Source of the DNA: a bacterium | GTDB taxonomy: Bacteria; Hinthialibacterota; Hinthialibacteria; OLB16 | DNA length: 64,000 bases | Direction of reading: 5' to 3' | Assembly (NCBI GenBank): GCA_022072055.1 | Contig: JAJVIK010000008.1 | Span: 40,111 to 104,110, forward strand | Shown: piece by piece, positions 17,506-28,700 of the stretch | Layout: the number at the start of each line of letters is the position of its first letter | How positions within the stretch are numbered: position 1 is the stretch's first letter | Notes under the pieces: generated by a model | Seen by the model: the letters and a program-made list of their open reading frames with translations, nothing else | Told to the model about the DNA's origin: nothing | Databases searched by the model: none | Program-made: the position numbers and the translations under genes

Positions 17506-17867
17506 TGAGTATCCTGATCGGGACCCTGCTTGTCGCGATAGGAACGGGGATGGTTTACTCGGTGATCCGGTCGCTACGCCCCGAAGCGCGTGTCCGCCCT
17601 CGGATGGATCCCGCCGTGTTCGCCACCCTCGATCTGCGGGCGCCCGAATACCGCGCGAAATCCGCTCCACCGAGCCCGTTCGCCAAGCTGCGTGGAGAAG
17701 GGCGAGCAGTCGAGCCACCCCGTGAGCCACGCTCCGAGGCGTCAACGGGACTGTTCACAAGAGACCGCGAGGACCGCATCCCCCGCGAGGGGCGACCCTC
17801 TCCCGCGCTCCGAATCCATGGGATCGATCCGGATGAGGACGCGGAACAGAAGACGCTTGGCCTTTGA
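17502..17867 (+). CDS. Small hypothetical protein with one N-terminal TM helix and Pro/Arg/Glu-rich tail
   Basis: ATGATG start overlaps the ribokinase stop (ATGA). Its own stop overlaps the next gene start (ATGA). TM segment MMSILIGTLLVAIGTGMVYSVI. Confidence 0.4.
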   Translation: MMSILIGTLLVAIGTGMVYSVIRSLRPEARVRPRMDPAVFATLDLRAPEYRAKSAPPSPFAKLRGEGRAVEPPREPRSEASTGLFTRDREDRIPREGRPSPALRIHGIDPDEDAEQKTLGL

Positions 17868-19462
17868 TGTCCGCGCTTGTGGAAAGTCAGCGTTTGGCCC
17901 AATGGCGCGGCCTGCTTGCTCCGTCGACCGTGTTTGTCGTGACGGCGATCATTCTTGTGGGGACAATCCGCGATTATGGAATCACTTGGGACGAAGCGGA
18001 GATCAATTTCCCAGCCGCGCGTAACCAGGCGGACTGGTTCCGGACTTTTCTGAGCACGGGAGAAGGACTGAGCGAGCCGGGCGTTCGCCGAGGTTTTGAA
18101 ACCGAATCAGACCACCCTTCCCTGCCTCGGACTTTAATGGCGCTGCCGCGAGTGGCCCTCCCGGAAACGGTCGGCGACCGGGTGGCCTTCGCGGCCTTCA
18201 CCTCGCTGCTCGTTTCCGGGTTCACCGCGTTCTTCTTCTCGGTTCTGTGGAGACGATACGCTCTCGGCCCGGCGCTTATGGCCAGCGCGGTCCTGCTCCT
18301 GCATCCACGCTGGTTCGCCCACGCTCATTTCGCCGAATACGACATCCATATTGCCGTGGCCTGGTTTCTCGCCGCCCATGCCTTTCACAAGGCCATGCTT
18401 CGGGACCCCTCCCCCGGGGATTGGAAGGGCTCTTGGGGCGGACACCTGCTCGCGGCCGCCGTGTTTGGATACGCCCTTTCGGTAAAGCTGCACGCCTTCT
18501 TCCTGCCCTTTCCCCTGGTGGCCTGGGCGCTTGTCACAAGGCGCTGGCAGGTGTGGAAGTGGGTTATGGCGAGCGCGGTTGTGGCCCCGCTCGTTTACCT
18601 GCTCACCCAACCTTATCTTTGGTGGCACACGGTGGATCGCCTAGTCCAACGCTTCTCGGACTACAGCGCCAAAGTTCCGATGACGGTCTACTACTTGGGC
18701 GAGCAATATCCCGGAAATGTCCCCTGGCACTATCCGTGGGTGATGCTCGCGGCCACGCTTCCGCCCGGACTAGCGGTTCCTCTCGTGGCCCGCGCGCTGA
18801 GGCCTCTGCTCTCCTCCATCACGCCGCAAGAGCGGAAGGATGGGTGGCTCGGATTCGTGGCCCTCAACGCGGTCACCGTTCCGCTTCTGTTCGCATGGAA
18901 ATCCCCTTATGACGGAATTCGGTTCTTCCTGCCGAGCCTGCCCTTCCTGGCGGTCCTCGCGGCGGAAGGATACTCCTCGCTTTCACGGGTTTTCACCGAA
19001 CGGCTCGGAGAGCTTGGGGGGAGGTTGTGGTTGGGGACGGTGGCTGGCCTGCTGATCGTCTGCCAGGGCTACACCTGTTTCCGCCTGCACCCGCACCAGC
19101 TCTCCTACTACTCTTTCCTGGTCGGGGGGGTGCGCGGCGCGAACGCGCTTGGGCTTGAGACCACCTATTGGTGCGACTCCCTCTCTCCCCGTTTCCTAAG
19201 GGAATTGATCCCACTTCTTCCCGATAACGCCCGTGTGGCCACTCACGCCTTGGACGAGCATCCTCTGCTCGAACAGCAACGTGAAGGATTGCTGCCGCCG
19301 GGCTGGACATTCGTCAAGGTTCCCCCGGCGCATGCCCGCATCCTGCAGTTCCGTCAGGGCTTTTTCGGCCCCGCCGAGCAAGCGCTTGCCGAGCAGGGTG
19401 TTCCTCTGGCCGAAGTGGCGATTGACGGAATCCCCCTCGTTCGCGTGTATCGGGGCCCCTAG
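17864..19462 (+). CDS. Polytopic membrane glycosyltransferase, GT-C fold (ArnT/PMT-like, GT39/GT83-type)
   Basis: 532 aa with about 11 TM helices. Acidic DE motif in the first extracytoplasmic loop (YGITWDEAE). General ArnT/PMT-like hydropathy layout. Confidence 0.5.
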   Translation: MMSALVESQRLAQWRGLLAPSTVFVVTAIILVGTIRDYGITWDEAEINFPAARNQADWFRTFLSTGEGLSEPGVRRGFETESDHPSLPRTLMALPRVALPETVGDRVAFAAFTSLLVSGFTAFFFSVLWRRYALGPALMASAVLLLHPRWFAHAHFAEYDIHIAVAWFLAAHAFHKAMLRDPSPGDWKGSWGGHLLAAAVFGYALSVKLHAFFLPFPLVAWALVTRRWQVWKWVMASAVVAPLVYLLTQPYLWWHTVDRLVQRFSDYSAKVPMTVYYLGEQYPGNVPWHYPWVMLAATLPPGLAVPLVARALRPLLSSITPQERKDGWLGFVALNAVTVPLLFAWKSPYDGIRFFLPSLPFLAVLAAEGYSSLSRVFTERLGELGGRLWLGTVAGLLIVCQGYTCFRLHPHQLSYYSFLVGGVRGANALGLETTYWCDSLSPRFLRELIPLLPDNARVATHALDEHPLLEQQREGLLPPGWTFVKVPPAHARILQFRQGFFGPAEQALAEQGVPLAEVAIDGIPLVRVYRGP

Positions 19463-19495
19463 AGATCCCCACAATTGGGTTCAGGAGGCGCTCTT

Positions 19496-21589
19496 GTGAC
19501 CAAGATTTCCCTACTGACGGTCGTGGTGGCGGCCCTCGCTTCCAGCGCCCCCGCCAACGACACCGCGCTTGTCCTCGAGGACCACTCAGGGAAGGACCTC
19601 AGCGCGCGGGTCACCGAGGGACCCACGCTCAGGGGGGAGGGGTTTCAGGTCCGGCTTGGTCGCGCCGGGACCCTCCAGGTGGAAATCGGCACGGACTGGT
19701 ATGTCCTCGAAACCAACCTCTCCTTCCCAGGCGACCCCATCGGTTGGAACAGGCTCGGAGAAGACCCGACAACAGAGGGTTCCGAGTGGAGGGTCGATCC
19801 CCCCGTGGGTCGAGAGGATGGGATTCTCCAGGCCGCCAAAGGAAAACACCATTCCATTGAACGGAAGGCGGCCATCGCGGGGCATCGCGTGGAGGTGTCC
19901 GACACGATCACCAACCTCGCGAATCAGGATCTCGCCATCCTCTATCGCCAGGAGTGGGCGGCCCCGACCCCCTTTCAGCCGCTCCTGCTCGCGGGGCAGG
20001 AGATCGCCGGGATTCGCAAAACCTCCGAGAACCCCACTGCGTTACTGGGTCAGTCCGACAGCGGCCTGGGATGGTTGGCGGAGGATGACATCCTCCGCTT
20101 GCAGATGGAGGCGGCGGCCTCGGCGAACCTGCTACGGATCTCCGTTTCCCATTTCGCGCTTCGCCCAGGAGAGTCCCACACCTTTCGATACGCCCTCTAT
20201 CCGCGACAGAAAGGGGGCGACTACTGGTCGTTCATCAATCAAGCGAGACGAGACTGGAAGGTGAACTTCACCGTTCAAGGCCCCTTCGACTATTTCGACC
20301 TGACTCGCGACATGGACCTGGTGAGGGATCGCGAGCGCCTCAAGGCTTACCTGGAGCGAAAGAAGCTGGGCGTGGTGGCGTTTTCGCCATGGGTGGATTA
20401 CGACAACTACAATTACCGGACCGGAAGACCCACATCCCGCGAGGAACTCAAAGCGCTCGGGCGCGAAGCGCGCGATGCCTTCAAGAGTGTCGCCCCGGAG
20501 ATCCTCTGCATCGGATGTATCGAGGGGAACCTGGTTTCCCTTCCCCCCCAAGCGCAGAAAGCCCTGTGGGACAGCTCCCCCGACCGTCCCCAGAACCAGT
20601 ATCCGCTTTCCGAACCCCAGATGGAGATTCTCCGCTCGTTCGATCTGCCCTGGAACGATTGCTTATTGGTCAATGAGGACGGCCGGTGCCGGTACGAGCT
20701 CTACTATCGCGGTTCCGGGGATCGACGAATCCCGATGATCGCCATCGCGGTTTACGCCGCTCCGGGGAATGGACAACACCGGTACTGGATGGATCAGGCG
20801 CGGTTTCTCATCGAGGAGGTCGGGCTTGATGGTCTGTACATCGATCAGTTCAGTCTGGCTTTCAACGATTCCCAACGCTACTCCCATGAGAATTGGGATG
20901 GTCGGACAGTGGATGTGAATCCGAGCGCGGGAGAGATCGCTCGACGTTATACGGATGGAGCGCTGGTGGGGATCGAGGCCCGCCGCGAACTCGCGGAATA
21001 TGTCCTCGCGCGTGGAAAGTACATGTTGGCGAACACCTTTCCCGCGGTCGAACGGATGCAGTCGGTCCCGATCCATCGCTTCAACGAATCGGAATGGAGC
21101 TTCAATCTGTTCGGCTGGGAGGAGGGAGACAAGCCTCCCCTGGCGGCTTACCCGTGCGAGGGACACCTCAGCACTCCGATTTCATTGGGGGTCCGACCCG
21201 GACGCGACGGAGACAGCCGCGCCGCCGAGAACTACGCCCGCCTGATTCATAAGGCCGCCATCGCGTATCTTCGGCACGGTCTGCTGTACTACCACTACGG
21301 CACTTCCATCCCGGAGGAGGGTCCGGGGGCGGGGCAATATGGCGCGCTGAATCACATGTTCCCGATCACTCCGCTGGAGATTCGAGAAGGCGCGGTGATC
21401 GGACAAGAACGGATCGTGACCTGCGTATCCGGCGAATTCCGACTGAAGAAGCGCACGGAACCGCTGATCCGCGTGTTCGATATTCGTGGGCTGCCGGTCT
21501 CCGTGGACACTGAGATTCGGAACCAAGATGGGGAATGGTTGATCCGTCTGAGCTTGCGGGACTGGGCCGAAATCGGCGTGATCGAGTAG
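19496..21589 (+). CDS. Secreted hypothetical protein (possible TIM-barrel glycoside-hydrolase-like)
   Basis: GTG start 7 nt after AGGAGG, giving signal peptide MTKISLLTVVVAALASSAPA. No confident family. GLDGLYIDQF-type segment is weakly GH-like. Confidence 0.45.
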   Translation: MTKISLLTVVVAALASSAPANDTALVLEDHSGKDLSARVTEGPTLRGEGFQVRLGRAGTLQVEIGTDWYVLETNLSFPGDPIGWNRLGEDPTTEGSEWRVDPPVGREDGILQAAKGKHHSIERKAAIAGHRVEVSDTITNLANQDLAILYRQEWAAPTPFQPLLLAGQEIAGIRKTSENPTALLGQSDSGLGWLAEDDILRLQMEAAASANLLRISVSHFALRPGESHTFRYALYPRQKGGDYWSFINQARRDWKVNFTVQGPFDYFDLTRDMDLVRDRERLKAYLERKKLGVVAFSPWVDYDNYNYRTGRPTSREELKALGREARDAFKSVAPEILCIGCIEGNLVSLPPQAQKALWDSSPDRPQNQYPLSEPQMEILRSFDLPWNDCLLVNEDGRCRYELYYRGSGDRRIPMIAIAVYAAPGNGQHRYWMDQARFLIEEVGLDGLYIDQFSLAFNDSQRYSHENWDGRTVDVNPSAGEIARRYTDGALVGIEARRELAEYVLARGKYMLANTFPAVERMQSVPIHRFNESEWSFNLFGWEEGDKPPLAAYPCEGHLSTPISLGVRPGRDGDSRAAENYARLIHKAAIAYLRHGLLYYHYGTSIPEEGPGAGQYGALNHMFPITPLEIREGAVIGQERIVTCVSGEFRLKKRTEPLIRVFDIRGLPVSVDTEIRNQDGEWLIRLSLRDWAEIGVIE

Positions 21590-21645
21590 AACAACAACAA
21601 GAGGCGTCCTCCCGCGCGCGACGGTCCAAGCCCGCAATCCGTGTT

Positions 21646-22656
21646 CTACGGCGTGGTCGCGGGAAAAACCTCGCGGTCGTAGACAATAATGGCCGACTTC
21701 TTCAACTCCTCCAAAGCCTTGCGCTGCTCTTCAAGGGCGATTCGTCGGCGCACCAGGTTGTAGATGCTCTGCTTGCTCTTGACCTTCGCGATGCAGAACC
21801 ACCCGGTGATGCGGATGACTTGAGGATTCACCTGTCCGGCGTCCAGCTCGAAGAGCGGCGCGAATTCGGGGAACGGGTTGGTGGGGCTGATCAGATCGAG
21901 GAACCCCTTGCGACCCTTGGATTGGTCGTGCTGGGAAAACTCCTCCACCAACTGTTCGAAGGGCTCCCCCACGCGAGCGCGCGCCAGAACCTTTTCGGCC
22001 TTGCGCTGGACTGCCTCCACCGCCGCCGGATCGGATTCGTCGGGAATCCGTAGGAAGACAAACTGAACCTCCGGGGCTCCGCCTTCCTCGAGGACCCCCT
22101 TGTGCTCCTCCAGATACTTGTCGACCTGAGCCTGGGACACCGGAGTGAGGAGGTACTCATCGATCCAGGCTTGACGCGCCTGTTGAACCAGAATCTGGCG
22201 CTTTCGGTCCGCGATCATCGCCGCGCGGAACTCTTCCACGGTCTGGCTCTCTTGGGCGAGTCGCGCGCGAAATTCGGCCTCGCCGACCTGTTTGCGAAGC
22301 TGGTCGAGTTGCTCATCCACGGTCTTCTCGGCGAATCGAGCGGCGGTCTCCTCACGGAGGTCTCCCTTGAGCCGGTTGACGATGAGCTCCTCCTCGATCA
22401 GATCCTCGATCGCGCGGCGCTTCACAGCTCCTTCCGGGGGAACCTTGCCCTTGGTGGGGCTGTCGGGGCGGGCGTAAAGGCGATTCAGGTCTTGGACCTT
22501 CTGATTGAGCTCGCGAAGGGTGATGACCGAGCCATTGACCGAGGCGACCACGCGGTCGAGGGTCTGAGCAGCGGAGCTCGATGTCAGGACGCAGCTGATC
22601 GCGGCCAATCCGCGCAGGATCCGAGTCGTGCCGAACTTGTTGAATGTCATCCACAT
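21646..22656 (-). CDS. SurA-like periplasmic chaperone / parvulin-type peptidyl-prolyl cis-trans isomerase
   Basis: Signal peptide MTFNKFGTTRILRGLAAISCVLTSSSAA. SurA N-domain-like helical region followed by PpiC/parvulin-like segment (GFLDLISPTNPFPEFAPLFELDAGQV...GWFCIAKV). Confidence 0.65.
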   Translation of the reverse strand: MWMTFNKFGTTRILRGLAAISCVLTSSSAAQTLDRVVASVNGSVITLRELNQKVQDLNRLYARPDSPTKGKVPPEGAVKRRAIEDLIEEELIVNRLKGDLREETAARFAEKTVDEQLDQLRKQVGEAEFRARLAQESQTVEEFRAAMIADRKRQILVQQARQAWIDEYLLTPVSQAQVDKYLEEHKGVLEEGGAPEVQFVFLRIPDESDPAAVEAVQRKAEKVLARARVGEPFEQLVEEFSQHDQSKGRKGFLDLISPTNPFPEFAPLFELDAGQVNPQVIRITGWFCIAKVKSKQSIYNLVRRRIALEEQRKALEELKKSAIIVYDREVFPATTP

Positions 22657-22663
22657 AAGAGAG

Positions 22664-22696
22664 CGGCCCCCCGAATCATGATGACTCGGGGGGCCG
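22664..22696 (-). promoter_or_regulatory. Strong GC hairpin between the giant gene stop and the PPIase start
   Basis: cggcccccc-15 nt loop-ggggggccg, perfect 9 bp GC stem. Followed on the minus-strand transcript by a CUCUCUUAU stretch. Confidence 0.4.
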
Positions 22697-22724
22697 AATT
22701 GGGCAACCGGTTCGCTCAATGCGA

Positions 22725-25700
22725 TTACTGCTGAGGGCTGGGCCTGACGATCTCCAGGTCGCGGGCCACATCGAAGCCGAAGAAGGGCGCGTCGTGGATC
22801 TTCGGCGCTTGGCCGCCGGTGTGGACTCCCCCGAAGCCATCGAGGACATACAGGCCGATAACCGCCCCGACCTCATCGATCGAGAGCTCCAAGTCACGCG
22901 CGATGTTGAATCCGAAGAACGGCACGCCGCGGGTGGTGTCCGCGACAAAGTCGCCATCGGTGATTCCTCCGGTGACAATCTGCCCGAACTTCGAGAGCAC
23001 AAAGGCCCCCTCGACCGCCAGCGTGGACGGATTCTTCACCAGTTCGATGTCGATGAAGACATCCTCATCCGGCAGGAACGGCGGAGGCGGAACAATCGCC
23101 GGGGCCGCGCCGAGGTTGGAGACTCCGCCTCGGCCATCCAGGATGTAACCGCCCTTCACGGTCCCATCCGGCTGGTAGTAGAGCTCCAGGTCGCGCGCAA
23201 GGTCGCCGCCGAGGGCCACGCCGATCAGCGGATCGGCCCCGCCGAAGGTGTAGATGCTCCCCGCGCCATCCAGCATGTAGACCCCCACCTTCGGACCGGG
23301 CTGAGTCGGAGACACCTCGATGTCCTTGGCGTAATCGCCCGAGAACGGGGTGAACCCAGTCTGGTCGACCGGTAGGACATCACCAAGGCCCGCAATCTGG
23401 CCGGTCCCGGTCATCCGGTAGAAGCCGGTCGGGGAGGCGGTGAATTCGGGCAGGGCCGGATCGCCGACCACGAAGCCGGTGTCCAGAGCGCCATTGGCGC
23501 GATAGAAGCCCGGCTCGAGGTCACGCGCCACGCCATCCGGGAGGAAGGTCGGTTGGAGCGAATCCGCCACCCCCTCCAGGCCGTTCCGCATGGTGACCCC
23601 ACCGAAGGCGTCGAGGACCGCGTAAGTCACGATCTCCACCGAGATCGGGACAATGGCGCTCTTGTTGCCGGCGAGGTCGACGGAGCGGACATAGACCGTG
23701 TCCCGCCGATCCGGGAACAGGTATGCGCCGCTGATCACATCCGGCTGCCTGAGGAGAGGTCCGATGTTGACCGCGTCCCAGGCTCCGTTGTCATCCGAGT
23801 AGAAGTTCCCGAACACCAGGACCGCGTTCAGATCGGCGGAGACCAGAACCCGCGAATGCCCCTCCACCGCGCGGTTCATGCCGATGATGTAGGCGTCGGT
23901 TTGCGGGTTCTGGGAGACCACGTAGATCTTGGTCGGATCCGGGTTGGGAATCGCGACATCCAGCGGGAGGCGCGCGGGCTGGGATTCGTTACCGAACTCA
24001 TCCTCGGCGGTGAACCAGACTGCGGCCGTGCCCACAACCGCGGGCGGATTCACCGAGTTGTCGGCGTGATTGTCGCCGATTGAGGTCTCCGGGAAGGAGC
24101 CTGGGGTCGGCACGCTGTTGAAGCCGCCGGCCGGGACCAGGATCGGGAAGCCGGGCAGCTCGCTGTTGAGGGAAGGCTCGTTGTAAGCGTGGAGCCACAG
24201 GTCCTCCTCGCCCTGACCAACCGCGCCGCGACGCCCGCGAACGGTGTCGTTGAACGCCCGTCCGCGCTCCACCAGGACAAACTCATCCAGGTTCGGAGTG
24301 GCCGGCGGCACTCGGTCGGCGGTGTCGATTTCGACGATCTCGCTAACATTGCCGTGCTCGTCAATGGCGACCACATAGCTGATCGGAGCGCCCACGCGTC
24401 CGACATCGATGGCCTGGAACGCTCCCGACCCATCCGAGAAGGCCACGCCAAGCAGCGGAGTCCCAAGGATCGAGTTGGTGAAGTCCAGAACCGAAGTGCT
24501 GAACTGGATGGTGCAGTTCGACGGAACCGCGCCCTCGATGCCCCGGATGGTGTTGTGATTCGGGTTGTCGGCGTTGAAGAGGATCCGCTCGGCATCCGGA
24601 GTCGCGATCGAGATGTCAAAGGTGAGGCTCACCGCGGTCGACCGATTGCAGGCCGAATCCTCAGCCACCAGGTACATGCGTTCGAATCCGGCCAAGTTCG
24701 CACCGACTTGGAAGTTGAAGCCGAGGGTCGAGGCGCTCCAACCGCCGGTGGCGTTGGCGAGCTCGATCGGCGAATACCCGCCGCCGACCTCAAGCAACAG
24801 GTCGGGATCGGCGAACAGGCGCACGCGAGCGGTGTCCTCCGGATCCACCGCGCCGGGGAGGCCCTCGATCAGGTCTTCGCCCGTTCCGAGCTGGTGAAGA
24901 ACCACGTTCTGGAGGTCAACCGGCGGCGGCGGAACGAGGTCGTTGACCGACCTGCCGTTTTCGCCATCCAGTACGAGCGGCGGCCCGAAGTTGAAGGCCG
25001 CGTCGCTGCACGCGATCCACAGAACCTCATACAGGTCATCCCCGATCGAGACCGGACCGAAGGCGCCGCTGGCGTCCGCGACGGTCGTGGCCACAAGCTG
25101 GGTCAGATCGAAGTCGGAGTAAATCTCCACGGTGCAGTTCGGTTCCACCGCTCCCGGAAGACCCACAACCTGGTCATCCGAGCCGGGGCAGGCCGACAGG
25201 ACTTCCACCAGATCTCCGACCGGAGCGTCCGGCGCGAAGATGTCGTTGAAGAGGCCGAATGGGAAGCTCAGGTTACCCGCCTCATCTTCGCTGGCGAGGA
25301 CCACGAACGGGTTCTGGTTATCACCGACTCGCAGGTCATAGAAGAAGCCCAGACGATCGGTGCGGATCGCGTTGTCCTCACGGTCGATCCGGTTGTTCAG
25401 GTAGGCGTCGGCGTACGCGCGGACGACGGTGAACGGATCCGTGAACCCGTAGATCGTGTCCTCGACTCCGGGCGGATTCTGGACCACGGCCACCGCGAGG
25501 AATTGCGGGCCGACCACGTCGTTGATCGCGGAAGCGATCACGTTCGAGGTGTTCCCCGCCTTATCAACGGCGCAAGCCAGGACCTCCTGGACCTTGTTGT
25601 CGCCGATTCGGACGCCCTCGATTCGGAAATCGTCACCCGGCACTCGCTGGGCAAGGATGCGGGCGGTCGGCGGGATCTGGACTCCGACGCCCGTATCCAC

Positions 25701-28700
25701 CAGGACGCTTGAGCGGCGATTGGCCTGATACATGAGAATCGTCCCATTCTCCACCGAGGCGGTGACCAAGCGACCGTAGGTGTCGATCACCGGACCCACC
25801 ATGGTGGCGGCGGGTTCGAGGAGACTGGCCTGAGCCAGCACCAGCGCGCCGTCGGTCCCCGGACGGAGCTCGGAGACGCGCTGAGGCACGATCCGTTCGC
25901 CGAGGAAGTCGAGTCCGGTCTCGCCGAAGTGCAGGCCGCCGCGACGGTCGAGGGCGAGACCCGCGGGTTCGGCCAGGTTGACCAGGACCAGGTTCAGGGT
26001 GGAGGTGGTCAAGTCAAACGAGAACACCTGACCGCTGAACGGATTCCCCGGAGTCGCAAGCAGCGAGATATAGAGGGTGGACACGCCATCAAAGGCCAGC
26101 CCACGTCCCTGCTCGGTGATGCCCGCGAGCAGCGGGGTCAGCGTGGCGAGCGCCGTGTCGTAGGCGAACACCTGGGCGCCCGATTCCGTGATGAAATACA
26201 GGACATCGGTCGCGCCGAAGGTCATGCCCGCAACCGGGGCCGGGATTGCGAAGTCGATATCCTGGAGCACCAGGCCCGTGGTGGTCATCTCGGTCAGACG
26301 GACCTGGGATGGGCTGCCCGGATTCCGGGAAGCGACCCACAGATTGCCTTGACCGAGATTGGAGACCGCCAGCCCGGTCGGCTCCACCAGACCCGTGTGG
26401 ACCGTGTTAAAGGTTCCGAACTGATCGAGACGGTAGATCACGTCATCGGCCCCCATCGCGACGCCGTCCCAGTTGCTGAAGTAGACGGAGCTTGTGGCGT
26501 CAGCCGCGAGACCGTGGAGGTTGAAGTTCGGAGCCGTGGTGAGTGTCCCCGGAGACTCGCGGTTGAGGGTCGGAGACTCGGTGAACACCTTCACGCACAC
26601 CACTTCGTCCACCTCGGCGGAGTCGATGTCGATCTGGACATCGACCTCGTCCTCAACCCTCGGGAAGGTTCCCGGCTCTTGCGGGAACTGCTCGAAGATC
26701 GAGAGTTCGGTGATCAGCGGAGCGGTGATGTCGATGTGGGCGTGAGCGGCGCCGCTGCTGTTCCCGGCGGCGTCGCAGGCGATCACATAGACAGTGTCCA
26801 GCGAACCCGGAGTGAAGCTGTTGTTGTCGCCGATATAGATCGGTCCGACACCCGGGCCGGTGACCGGAACAAGCGCGATCAGGCTGGTGAGGGCCACATC
26901 CTCGTAGACCTTGACCAGGCTGGTGTCGGCGCTGACCCAGGCGGTGAGGGTGTCATCGACGGGCACGCGCGTGCAGCCGCTTCCGATGGTGTTGTTGTGG
27001 ACGGTCACCTGCGGCTCGCCCGGTGGGGCGGTGTCGTTGCCGATTGCCAAGTCGTCGCTCTCATTGCAGGCGGCGTCCGCGACGGTCACATAGAACGTGG
27101 AGCTCAAATTGTCGCCCAAATTGAGCGTCCAGCAACCATCCGCGGCGCCATCGTCGATATCCTCGACGGAGTCGACGACGTTGAAGAGGCTATCGTCGCG
27201 GTAGACCACCACGGTGACCGCATCCGGATCGGAGGGCTTGGCGATCAGGATGTCATCCGTTCCGGGCGGATTCGAGAGAATGGTCACTTCCGCGCTGGTG
27301 AGCGGCGCGGGCGGGACAATGTCGTTCACGACGTTCACCGACGGGCTGGTGTTGCCGGAGAAGTCGGTCACAACCACCCAGACATCCTCGTAGAGGTTCG
27401 CGCCGATGGGAACCTGGAAGAAGCCGTTGCCGACGAAATCCAGCTCCGAGCCGATCAGGTCGGTTAGACCCGGGTCGGCGAAGGCCCACGCTTGGACCAC
27501 ATCCGGATCGTTCGGATCAGGGCGGACGATCACATAGTCATCCTCGTGGAAGCAGTTGGAGTCCACGGTGACAGTCGGCGTGGCGGGCGGGGTGAAGTCG
27601 TTGGCCACCGCGAACCCATTGTTGGAGATGTCCGCGACGTTGCCCCACGGATCGACACCCAGGACGACATAGCTGTAGGGCGCGCCGCCGATGGTGTCGT
27701 TATCCAGGAAGAACGTTTGCGGATCGAAGCCTCCGCCGTTGTAGAGCGAGGTCGCGGCCTTGAAGGCGACCACCTTGATGTTGTTGAAGATGGTCGCGCC
27801 TGGGGCCCAAGCCACCGGACTTTCGTCGATGTTGCGGATGGTCAGTTGGTCTCCCGAGAGGCTGTAGTTCGGGAGGTTGACCGGATCGACGGACTCGGTG
27901 GCGGATGGGATCAACCGGTTCCGCGTGGTGTCGATCACCTTGAGGAGGTCCACGTCGATGGCCGAGGTGGCCAGCGTGAGGGTGACCGTGGCCGCGTTCG
28001 GGGCGAAGCAGATCACCGGGCAAAGCGCTTCGGAGATCTTCTCGTTGTCGAAGTGGCTGAGGAACTCGATCGGGTCCCCGCCGAGGCGACGGTAAATGTC
28101 GTAGCCGGTCACGCCGACCTGATCATAGGGCGTGGAATCCCAGAACAACCCGATATCCTCGGAGAAGGGATCGGGATGCGCCTGGAGGGTCTCGATCGGC
28201 TCGGGCGGAGTCGTGTCGAAGGCCACCGCGGTGGCGTCGCCGACCAGCACGCTGGTGGAGATCAGCGAGCGATTCCCCGCCGCGTCACGCGAAACAACCG
28301 CATAAGAATAGGAGTGGCCCGGCAGCGCGGTGTGGTCCACAAAGGTGCGGTTATCGGTGAGGTAATCCACGAGCACCACATCCGTCGGCGCGGGAAGAAC
28401 GGTTCCCGTGATATCAATGGTCTCTCCGGTGGCCGCGAGGACCTGATAGGACTCGCCGGTGGTCTTGTTGAACACACGGCTCACGGATCCCACATTGAGC
28501 GGATCCATGAAGAGCACGAGCAGGTTCGGGGTGGCCGCGCTGATCGAGGCTTTTTCGGCGACCACCTGAGTCGGCTGCGGACGAAGGGTCCCGGTCGGGG
28601 TGGTCATGTCCGGAAGGATGATGTTGACCACGGTCCCGATCAGGAGGTCCGGATCGCGCACGATGTCTCCATCCGGCTCACTGACCTCGCTCTCCGCGAT

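Noticed and set aside
21590-21645. Possible bidirectional terminator between convergent genes
   Set aside because: Candidate stem (ggcgtcc...gacggtcc) is imperfect and has no U-tract on either strand.
22657-22719. ORF-track N-terminal extension of the SurA-like PPIase (MSEPVAQFGPPSHHDSGGRSL)
   Set aside because: A signal peptide begins at the internal Met (MTFNKFGTTRIL...). The extension overlaps the GC hairpin and the intergenic gap.
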